Shown one piece after another: positions 10,191 through 17,323 of a DNA stretch of 64,000 bases. This DNA is from Rhodospirillales bacterium (GTDB lineage: Bacteria; Pseudomonadota; Alphaproteobacteria; Kiloniellales; CBDCUY01), in assembly GCA_965222795.1 (NCBI GenBank), contig OZ244972.1:3008222-3072221 (forward strand), written 5' to 3'. A program made the position numbers and the translations under genes. Position 1 is the stretch's first letter; each line of letters starts with the position of its first letter. A model generated the notes under the pieces. It ran no database searches, was not told the origin of the DNA, and saw only the letters and a list, made by a program, of their open reading frames with translations.

Positions 10191-10214
10191 CCGCGTGGTG
10201 CCATCCCCGCAAAT

Positions 10215-10330
10215 GTCATCGCGAGACCCGGCCGGCCGGGGCGCGGCGATCCATTGTGACTCGCCGGTGGCGCCGGATTCTGCGGATAGGGGCTTATGGA
10301 TTGCCACAGCCCTTCGGGCTTCGCAATGAC
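10215..10330. repeat. REP/MITE-like imperfect inverted repeat in a convergent intergenic region
   Basis: The left arm gtcatcgcgag...gcgatccat (10215-10254) mirrors the right arm atggattgc...cttcgcaatgac (10296-10330). It resembles the widespread 'gtcattgcgag...gcaatccat' intergenic element family. Confidence 0.4.
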
Positions 10331-10419
10331 GAAGCTGGGGGGACGAGGGTCGCCCTTTGGCCTTGCCGTCTGACCCTGCCGCGATGCGGCCTTTACCGGC
10401 CGGTAGCCGCCCGCTACCC

Positions 10420-11289
10420 CTAACCCCCCACCCCCGCCGTCGGGCGGAAGAGGACCTCGCCGCCGAGCCGGAACTGGCCGATGGCGGCCTGGCCCTCGGG
10501 CCCGGTCAGCCAGTCGATGAAGGCTTGGCCCTCGGCCGCCTTGACATGCGGGTGGCGCGCGGGGTTGACCAGGATGACGCCATAGGGGTTGAAGAGCCGC
10601 GGGTCGCCCTCGGCCAACACCTGCAAGCCCCGGCGGTTCTTGAAGGCGAGCCAGCTGCCCCGGTCGGCCAGCGTATAGGCGCCCATGGCGGCCGCCGCGT
10701 TGAGGGTCGCCCCCATACCCTGGCCCAGCGAGCGGTACCAGGGGCCGCCGGTTTCCCCCCGTTCTCCCGCCTCCCGTTCTCCCGCCTCCGGGTTCAGGCC
10801 GATCGCCGCCCAAAGCCCCATCTCCTTCTTGTGGGTGCCGCTATCGTCGCCGCGCGACGCGAAGGGGGCCTCAGCCGCCGCGATCTTGGCCAAGGCCGCA
10901 GCCGCATCCGCCATAGCCGTGATCCCGGCCGGGTCCGCCGCCGGGCCGACGATCACGAAGTCGTTGGCCATGACCTCCTGGCGCTCGACCCCGTGGCCGG
11001 CGGCGACGAAACGCGCCTCGGAGGCTGGGTGGTGGACCAGCAGCACGTCGGCATCGCCACGCTCGGCCAGGCGCAGGGCTTGGCCGGTGCCGACCGCCAC
11101 CACCCGCACCTGGATGCCGCTTTGGGCCTCGAAGATCGGCAACAGATGGGCGAAGAGGCCCGAGTTCTCGGTCGAGGTGGTGGAGGCCAGGGTGATGAAG
11201 CGCTCGCCGGCCCTCGTTGGACTTAAGGTCAGAGCCAGCAGGGCCAAGACCAACAAGGAAACAACCAGCAAGAAGCGTCGCGCTACCAA
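10420..11289 (-). CDS. tupA: tungstate ABC transporter substrate-binding protein (TupA-type)
   Basis: Signal-anchor RRFLLVVSLLVLALLAL, then ..LASTTSTENSGL.. and ..RGDDSGTHKKE.., which match TupA anion-binding motifs. The TTG start at 11289 overlaps the tupC stop. The 548-aa track ORF is a read-through artefact. Confidence 0.75.
   Translation of the reverse strand: MVARRFLLVVSLLVLALLALTLSPTRAGERFITLASTTSTENSGLFAHLLPIFEAQSGIQVRVVAVGTGQALRLAERGDADVLLVHHPASEARFVAAGHGVERQEVMANDFVIVGPAADPAGITAMADAAAALAKIAAAEAPFASRGDDSGTHKKEMGLWAAIGLNPEAGEREAGERGETGGPWYRSLGQGMGATLNAAAAMGAYTLADRGSWLAFKNRRGLQVLAEGDPRLFNPYGVILVNPARHPHVKAAEGQAFIDWLTGPEGQAAIGQFRLGGEVLFRPTAGVGG
10758..10787 (-). repeat. perfect 15-bp tandem duplication, in frame in tupA (..EAGEREAGER..)
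   Basis: cccgttctcccgcct occurs twice, directly adjacent. Confidence 0.95.
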
Positions 11290-12020
11290 TGCAGTTCTCC
11301 TTTCAGGAAGGCGCGGGCCGCCTCGCTCTTGGGCCCGGCGAAAAAGGCGGCGGCCGGGCGCTGCTCGACCAGGCGGCCGCGGTGCAAAAACAGGATCTCG
11401 CCGGCCAGGCGCCGGGCTTGGCCGAGGTCGTGGGTGGTCATGACGATCTTGCTGTCGGCCCGGTTGAGGGCGCCGATGATGCTTTCGACGGCGGCGGTGG
11501 CAGCCGGGTCCAGGCTGGCGGTGGGCTCGTCGAGGAAGATCACCTCGGGCCTCAGCGCCCAGGCACGAGCCAAGGCCAGGCGCTGCTGCTCGCCGGTCGA
11601 GAGCACCCGCGCCGGCCGCTCCGCCAGGCTCTCGAGGCCGGTGTCGCGCAAGACCTGCCGACGGCGCTCCTGTCGTTCCTGGCGGGCCAAGCCGGCGGCC
11701 TTGAGGGCGTAGTCGATATTGGCGGCAGCCGAGCGGCGCAGCATCACCGGCCGCTGGAAGACCATGGCCTGTCGCGAGCGGACTTGTCCTGGGCGGACTT
11801 GATTTTGCCGGGCGTCCGCCTGCCAGGTGATGCGGCCGCTCGTCGGCGCGATCAGGCCGTGGGCCAGGCGCAGGGTGAGGCTCTTGCCGGCGCCGTTGGG
11901 GCCGAGGATGATGCTGATCGGCCCGGCGGCGAGGGTGAAATCCAGATCGGCGATCAGCCGCTCGCCGGCAAGGGCGTAACTCACCTGCTCGAAACGGCCG
12001 GGCAGGATGGAGGCGCTCAT
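11283..12020 (-). CDS. tupC: ABC transporter ATP-binding protein (TupC-type)
   Basis: ATG at 12020 overlaps the tupB stop (ATGA). Walker A GPNGAGKS, signature LSTGEQQRL and Walker B IFLDEP are present. Confidence 0.8.
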   Translation of the reverse strand: MSASILPGRFEQVSYALAGERLIADLDFTLAAGPISIILGPNGAGKSLTLRLAHGLIAPTSGRITWQADARQNQVRPGQVRSRQAMVFQRPVMLRRSAAANIDYALKAAGLARQERQERRRQVLRDTGLESLAERPARVLSTGEQQRLALARAWALRPEVIFLDEPTASLDPAATAAVESIIGALNRADSKIVMTTHDLGQARRLAGEILFLHRGRLVEQRPAAAFFAGPKSEAARAFLKGELHW

Positions 12021-12721
12021 CGCCCCAAGCCCTCGGCCAGCTCGCCCAGCAGGAAGGCCGAGGCATTCACGGTCACCGCCAGCAGCAGTAGGATGAGGCC
12101 GAGCCCGAGCGCTAGGGCCAGCTCGCCGCGTGCCGTCTCCAGGGCGATCGCCGTGGTCATGACCCGGGTGACGTGGTCGATATTGCCGCCGACGATCATC
12201 ACCGCCCCCACCTCGGCGCTGGCCCGGCCGAAGCCGGCGAGCACCGCGGTCAGCAGGCTGAAGCGCCCGTCCCACAGCAGGGTCGGCAAGGCGCGGCCCG
12301 GTCCGGCACCGAGCGAGCGCAGCTGCTCCTCGTACTCGACCCAGAGGTCGGCCACCACCTGCCGGGCGAGCGCGGCGATGATCGGGGTGATCAGGATCAC
12401 CTGGGCGATGATCATGGCAGTGGGCGTGAAAAGCAGGCCCAATACCCCGAACGGCCCGGCCCGAGACAGCATCAGATAGACCATCAGGCCGACCACTACC
12501 GGCGGCAGACCCATCAGCGCGTTAAGCAGCACGATCAGCAGGCGGCGCCCAGGAAAGCGGAAGAGCGCCACCGCCGCGCCCAACGGCAGACCAATTGTGG
12601 CCGCCACGGCAACCGCGCTGAGGCTGACGCGCAGGCTCAGGCCGACGATCTCGACCAAATCCCGGTCGGCGCCCAGGATCATGGCGACGGCGGCCGAAAA
12701 GGCGGCGGCGATCTCCTCCAT
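12017..12721 (-). CDS. tupB: ABC transporter permease (TupB-type)
   Basis: 234 aa, 5-6 TM segments, binding-protein-dependent permease (EAA-loop type), translationally coupled to tupC. Confidence 0.75.
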   Translation of the reverse strand: MEEIAAAFSAAVAMILGADRDLVEIVGLSLRVSLSAVAVAATIGLPLGAAVALFRFPGRRLLIVLLNALMGLPPVVVGLMVYLMLSRAGPFGVLGLLFTPTAMIIAQVILITPIIAALARQVVADLWVEYEEQLRSLGAGPGRALPTLLWDGRFSLLTAVLAGFGRASAEVGAVMIVGGNIDHVTRVMTTAIALETARGELALALGLGLILLLLAVTVNASAFLLGELAEGLGR

Positions 12722-12752
12722 CTTTGATGTACACGTCCTTCAACAATCGACC

Positions 12753-12781
12753 TGCAAATTTATGCATATTCTTGCAAATTT
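12753..12781. promoter_or_regulatory. direct repeat of TGCAAATTT spaced 20 bp apart in the AT-rich tupB/fdhD divergent intergenic region (candidate operator)
   Basis: tgcaaattt occurs at 12753-12761 and 12773-12781. The surrounding ~80 bp are much more AT-rich than the flanking genes. Confidence 0.2.
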
Positions 12782-12928
12782 TTCGAATTGAGCCAAGATT
12801 TCTGAAAATTTCGTCAGGAATTGGCCATCGAGGGCGTCAGGGCACGCTGCCAATTTGCTGATGGCTTGCTGTCGGCTAGACGAGACGGCATAGTCACCCG
12901 GTCAGTCCCAATAGGCGAAGGAGGTGTC

Positions 12929-13906
12929 ATGACGGAACGGCCGGCTGCCGCGACCACAAGCCGCGAAATCCCGGCGCATGGTGGCTCGCCGCGCGCCGCC
13001 TCGCCGCGTGCCGATGCCGCGAGCCTCGACGAGTTCGAGCTGCGTCCGGACCCGGCCGACCCAAGCCTGACCGAGCGGGTCAGCGGGCTCGACCAGGAAG
13101 GGCGTCGGATTGAAACTGCGGTGGTGGTCGAGCGGCCGCTCACCCTGTACCTCAATCGCCAGGAAATCGTCACTATGATGACCATCGGCGACTATCCCGA
13201 TCTGCTGGCGCTGGGCTATCTGCTGAACCAGAACATGCTCAGCGCCGACGACGTGATCGAGGCCGTCGACTACGACGCGGAACTGGAGACCGTCGTTGTG
13301 CGCACGGCGCGCGAGACCGACTATGAGGAAAAGCTGCAGAAGAAGGTGCGCACCTCGGGCTGCGCCCAGGGGACGGTCTTCGGCGACTTGATGGAGCAAA
13401 TCGAGAGCGTCATGCTGCCAGCCGGGGCGATGCTCAAAACCTCCTGGCTCTATACGCTCAGCCGCAAGATCAACCAGGCGCCGAGCCTCTACCTGGAGGC
13501 TGGGGCGATTCACGGCTGCGTCCTCTGCCAGGCCGACCGGCCGCTGGTCTATATGGAGGATGTGGGTCGGCACAATGCGGTCGATAAGATTGCCGGCTAT
13601 ATGTTTCGCCACGAGATTGAGCCGGCCGACAAGATCTTCTACACCACCGGGCGGCTGACCTCCGAGATGGTGATCAAGACCGTGCAAATGGGCATCCCGA
13701 TTCTGGTCTCGCGCTCAGGCTTCACCGCCTGGGGGGTGGAACTGGCCCGGCAGGCCAATCTCACCCTCATCGGCCGCGCCAAGGGCAAGCGCTTCGTGGC
13801 GCTGGCGGGTGAGGATCGGATCCTCTTCGATAGCGATCCCCGGCAGGCCAGCGAGGAAGAGGCCCGCCACCAGCGCAAGGGCGCCCGCGCCGAGCCATTT
13901 TCCTAA
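12929..13906 (+). CDS. fdhD: formate dehydrogenase accessory sulfurtransferase FdhD
   Basis: ATG 12929 lies 5 nt after AAGGAGG. Family motifs ..EDVGRHNAVDK.. and ..LVSRSG.T.. are present, with an Ala/Pro/Arg-rich N-terminal extension. Confidence 0.85.
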   Translation: MTERPAAATTSREIPAHGGSPRAASPRADAASLDEFELRPDPADPSLTERVSGLDQEGRRIETAVVVERPLTLYLNRQEIVTMMTIGDYPDLLALGYLLNQNMLSADDVIEAVDYDAELETVVVRTARETDYEEKLQKKVRTSGCAQGTVFGDLMEQIESVMLPAGAMLKTSWLYTLSRKINQAPSLYLEAGAIHGCVLCQADRPLVYMEDVGRHNAVDKIAGYMFRHEIEPADKIFYTTGRLTSEMVIKTVQMGIPILVSRSGFTAWGVELARQANLTLIGRAKGKRFVALAGEDRILFDSDPRQASEEEARHQRKGARAEPFS

Positions 13907-13910
13907 GCCT

Positions 13911-14579
13911 ATGGGAGAAGGGGCCAGCCAAGGAAACCAACGAGTCGCAGGCTTGGTGCTCGCCGGCGGCCGGGCAAGGCGCATGGGCGGCGGTGACAAG
14001 GCGCTCGTGCCGCTTGCCGGGCGTCCAATACTGGCCCATGTGGTGGCGCGCGCCCGGCCCCAGGTCTCAACCCTGGTGCTCAATGCCAATGGCGCCGCCG
14101 AGCGCTTTGCCGCCTACGACCTGCCAGTGGTTGAAGATGTAGTGCCAGACTTTGCCGGGCCGCTGGCGGGCATTCTCACCGGGCTCACCTGGGCCGAGCG
14201 TCATGCCCCTGGCTGCTGCTGGCTGGCCAGTTTTGCCTGCGATGCGCCCTTCTTGCCCCGAGACCTAGTGGCCCGGCTACTCGCCGTTATCGAGCGGGAA
14301 GGCGCCGAGCTTGCTTGTGCCGCCTCGTTCGGCCGTCACCACCCGGTCTTTGGTCTGTGGCCGCTGGCCTTGCGGCCGGCGCTGGAGCGGGCGGTGGTCG
14401 AGGAGGGCCTGCGCAAGGTCGATGCCTTTACCGATCGCTACCCTTTGGCGGCCGTTGAATTTACCCCGATCGACACCAACACGGGTCCGCTTGATCCTTT
14501 CTTCAATGCCAATCGGCCGGAAGACCTGCAACAGGCGGAGCGCTGGCTAGCGGCCCTGCCTGCGGAGCGGGGCGCCTAG
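13911..14579 (+). CDS. mobA: molybdenum cofactor guanylyltransferase MobA
   Basis: ATG 13911 lies 4 nt after the fdhD stop. N-terminus ..GLVLAGGRARRMGGGDKALVPLAGRPIL.. is typical of MobA. Confidence 0.85.
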   Translation: MGEGASQGNQRVAGLVLAGGRARRMGGGDKALVPLAGRPILAHVVARARPQVSTLVLNANGAAERFAAYDLPVVEDVVPDFAGPLAGILTGLTWAERHAPGCCWLASFACDAPFLPRDLVARLLAVIEREGAELACAASFGRHHPVFGLWPLALRPALERAVVEEGLRKVDAFTDRYPLAAVEFTPIDTNTGPLDPFFNANRPEDLQQAERWLAALPAERGA

Positions 14580-14686
14580 GCGAGAACGCTGGTCTCGTCA
14601 GCGTGACATGACAGGAGGCTAGGGCTTCGCTACAATAGGTCAGTTTAGAATGTTTCCAGTCTGGCAAAAGGATTTCATCGGCAATC

Positions 14687-15250
14687 ATGGGGCGGGCAAT
14701 CGATGAGGCGGTCTTGCCGGTCGGCGTCGTAGTCGAGCGTCGCCAGACAAGTCATCCCTGGCAGGAACATGCCTGGCGGCCGGTCGCAGTGATTGCCGGG
14801 GCGGCCAAACTTGACCCTAAGGGGGATTGGGTGACCTTGGGCGAAGGCCCGTCCTGGACACGCTTTCACGCCGGCACCTTGTCGCTCAGCTTTTTTCGGC
14901 GGGAAACCGAAGGCTACAAGGTGAACCTGTCACAACAGCAACCGCGTGTTTTCGTCGTCATGCGGACCGGCTATGACATGGGGTGCGCGCACGAGACTCT
15001 GCCGTTTCATGTGACGGTTTGCCCCTATGAGGCACAGGACTATCTCGATAGTGGTGACGAGTTGGTCGAGGCGGTACCCATGCCTCAAGGCCTGATCGCC
15101 TTGGTGCAAGATTACGTTGATCGCCACCACAAGGACGAGCCGTTCTATAAGCGCAAGCGAAAGAAGCATAAAGTGGACGATGATCGCCGGCACCAGGGGA
15201 CGGGCTGGCACCGCGGCGGTCGAACAAACGGCCGGGACACGGGTCATTGA
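14687..15250 (+). CDS. DUF3305-family protein
   Basis: 187 aa. N-terminus ..VGVVVERRQTSHPWQEHAWRPVAVI.. matches my memory of DUF3305, a family habitually found near FDH genes. Confidence 0.55.
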   Translation: MGRAIDEAVLPVGVVVERRQTSHPWQEHAWRPVAVIAGAAKLDPKGDWVTLGEGPSWTRFHAGTLSLSFFRRETEGYKVNLSQQQPRVFVVMRTGYDMGCAHETLPFHVTVCPYEAQDYLDSGDELVEAVPMPQGLIALVQDYVDRHHKDEPFYKRKRKKHKVDDDRRHQGTGWHRGGRTNGRDTGH

Positions 15251-15251
15251 T

Positions 15252-15917
15252 ATGGCAGGTGACCGAGAAGCCTTTCTTTCCCGCTGGCTGCGCCGTAAGC
15301 AAGAGGCCGGGCAAAACTCGGTCGTCGAGCCGCGCGAAGCAGCGCTCGGGGTGCCGGCCGACGTCACTGACGAGAAGAGGCCGAGCGAAGCCGAGATCGA
15401 GGAGGTTGTCGCTTCCCTGCCCGATATCGACACGATGACCGCCGAGTCCGACTTCGCAGCTTTTTTGGACGAGCGGGTGCCGGAAGCCCTGCGGCAGAAA
15501 GCGCTGCGCCGCCTGTGGCGCCTCAATCCATTGCTGGCGAATGTGGATGGTCTAAACGACTATGATGAGGACTTTACCGATGCGGCAACCGTGGTCGAGG
15601 GCCTGAAGACGATCTACCAGGTTGGTCGAGGCATGGTCACGGAAGAGCCGGTGTCGGACAACACGCAAGAACAAGAAGCTGCCCAGGCAAAGGCTCCGGA
15701 TGCCATCTCGCCTGACGGGGAATCCGATTCGCAGCCGCGGGAGCAAGTAGCACATTCCTCGCCAGACCAGGGTGCCGACGAGCCGGGACCGGTGGAGGCG
15801 ACTGTGGATCGCGACGCCACGATGGCTGGAGAGTGGCAGTCGGCGAAGACAGAAGCGTCACAGCCCGTCAAGACCGCATTAGGGCGCAGTGCCCAGCATC
15901 GGCGATGGGGGAGCTAG
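15252..15917 (+). CDS. DUF3306-family protein
   Basis: ATG 15252 lies 1 nt after the DUF3305 stop. N-terminus MAGDREAFLSRWLRRKQEA matches the DUF3306 signature (FLSRWSRRK). The acidic middle and C-terminus are low-complexity. Confidence 0.55.
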   Translation: MAGDREAFLSRWLRRKQEAGQNSVVEPREAALGVPADVTDEKRPSEAEIEEVVASLPDIDTMTAESDFAAFLDERVPEALRQKALRRLWRLNPLLANVDGLNDYDEDFTDAATVVEGLKTIYQVGRGMVTEEPVSDNTQEQEAAQAKAPDAISPDGESDSQPREQVAHSSPDQGADEPGPVEATVDRDATMAGEWQSAKTEASQPVKTALGRSAQHRRWGS

Positions 15918-16174
15918 GCCCCGGAGTCCCGTTCAACAACGCGTGATCGATTTGGGTGTCCCGTTGCCGGCCTTCAGGCTTTTGTTACCCGTGAGATGAC
16001 GCCATCGGGTTCAAGTCAGAAGAGGAAAGTGCTTGTGATGTCATATGGCTGGGAAGTCTCCAAGGGACCCGATGCATCAAGGGTATCAGATTGGGCGAAG
16101 TCACCACCCTTTTCCCTAATTTTTCTATTGATATTCCGAGGCTTCGGTCTTCGCGGTTGCAGCATCAGCTTTTG

Positions 16175-16205
16175 TTGACAGGCCCTGGTAAAGGGACTCT
16201 AATAT
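16175..16205 (+). promoter_or_regulatory. candidate sigma70-type promoter upstream of the FDH structural operon
   Basis: TTGACA at 16175-16180, then TCTAAT after a 17-nt spacer (or TAATAT after 19 nt). It lies ~160 nt upstream of the TorD-like ORF. Confidence 0.2.
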
Positions 16206-16361
16206 TGTGGTTAAGAATAGAACGAAAGCCTTAGCGGCATTGCTATGACTGAGAGACGTCGCTGAACAAGGCGAAGGCCTGACGTATCCGCTTGACCGCG
16301 GCAAAAAGCATTTAAGCAGCTATGACCTAAATGGCTACCTTCGGTTGGGTCAGGTTCTGAT

Positions 16362-16967
16362 TTGGGAGGAAGGGCTGTTCAGTACGATATCGCCGAAGAA
16401 GATGCCTTAAGAGCGAATTGCTACTTACTTCTTGCGCGTTACCTCGCCGATGTTCCGGATGAGGAAGCGTTAAGGCTTGCTCGTTCGTTGCATGGCGATG
16501 ACAGCAGTTTTGGGCAAGCGGTGGCGGCCTTCGCGGCGGCTGCCCGGGCGACGACATTGGACAGAGTCCATCAAGAATTTCATGACCTTTTTGTTGGTAT
16601 GGGGCAAGGCGAGTTGTTGCCTTATGGGTCATACTATTTAACCGGATTCATGTTGGAAAAGCCCTTGGCACGTCTGCGTGCCGACATGGCCCGACTGGGC
16701 ATCGCCCGTGCCCAAGGTGTGGTCGAACCAGAAGATCAGATCGCCTCGCTTTGCGAAATGATGGCGGGCATGATCACCGGTCAGTTCGGTGAACCGGCCG
16801 ACTTGGCAACACAGCGGGGATTTTTCGATGCCCACATAGGGTCTTGGGCCCCGCGCTTTTTCGAGGATTTGGAGCGTGCCCGCGCCGCGGTCTTTTACAT
16901 GCCACTGGGGACCATTGGCCGGCACTTCATGGATGTCGAGGCGCAAGCTTTTCAAATGGCGGCTTAG
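16362..16967 (+). CDS. TorD/DmsD-family redox enzyme maturation chaperone
   Basis: 201 aa. Motifs ..EFHDLFVGMGQGELLPYGSYYLTGF.. are typical of TorD-like chaperones. It sits directly upstream of Tat-exported FDH genes. The start is uncertain (TTG 16362, no clear RBS). Confidence 0.6.
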   Translation: MGGRAVQYDIAEEDALRANCYLLLARYLADVPDEEALRLARSLHGDDSSFGQAVAAFAAAARATTLDRVHQEFHDLFVGMGQGELLPYGSYYLTGFMLEKPLARLRADMARLGIARAQGVVEPEDQIASLCEMMAGMITGQFGEPADLATQRGFFDAHIGSWAPRFFEDLERARAAVFYMPLGTIGRHFMDVEAQAFQMAA

Positions 16968-16968
16968 C

Positions 16969-17010
16969 GTCGCTTTCGTGCCGTAAGGTGTCGCTTTCGT
17001 GCCGTAAGGC
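16969..17010. repeat. 21-bp tandem duplication (20/21) directly after the TorD-like stop codon
   Basis: gtcgctttcgtgccgtaaggt (16969-16989) is followed by gtcgctttcgtgccgtaaggc (16990-17010). Confidence 0.95.
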
Positions 17011-17087
17011 ACAGGGGTTGAGGGGGCGGACCCCACTTGGCGAAACTCCGCGCCCAAGTTTGTTCACCGGGGAGGTAAGGTGAGCCT

Positions 17088-17294
17088 ATGAAAGATCGAA
17101 AAGAGGTAACGTCGCTTGGCCGTCGTGACTTCTTCCGCAAGGCTGGCTTGGGTGCTGGCGCGGTGGGTTCGGTCGCTGTCGGCCTTGGCGGTGCCAAGGC
17201 TCAAGCCGGCCAGCCAGGCGAGCGTTCGGTTGGTAGCGTGGGCTACCGAGAAACCAAGCACGTGAAGAAGTTCTACGAACTGGCTCGGTTCTAG
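17088..17294 (+). CDS. small Tat-signal protein of the 'formate dehydrogenase region TAT target' family
   Basis: 68 aa. It has a twin-arginine motif GRRDFFRKAG and a C-terminal GYRETKHVKKFYELARF that matches the family motif Y-[HRK]-x-[TS]-x-H-[IV]-x-x-[YF]-Y. RBS GGAGGTAAGG. Confidence 0.75.
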   Translation: MKDRKEVTSLGRRDFFRKAGLGAGAVGSVAVGLGGAKAQAGQPGERSVGSVGYRETKHVKKFYELARF

Positions 17295-17323
17295 AGGTCA
17301 TTACTGTATTTTAGGAGAAGTCA

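Noticed and set aside
10420-12066. 548-aa ORF that seems to fuse a long N-terminal region to the TupA-like binding protein.
   Set aside because: The first ~258 aa are an Arg/Pro-rich alternate frame of tupC. The real tupA starts at TTG 11289 with a signal-anchor sequence that overlaps the tupC stop.
12830-12928. Moco riboswitch in the fdhD leader, and likewise upstream of the TorD-like/FDH operon at 16210..16361.
   Set aside because: I could not find the conserved core segments I remember for the Moco RNA motif. Only generic stems are present. It needs an Infernal scan and is not called.
15996-16178. 60-aa ORF in the DUF3306/TorD-like intergenic gap.
   Set aside because: There is no RBS, the composition is odd, and there is no recognisable motif. 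The region more likely holds the FDH operon promoter and leader.
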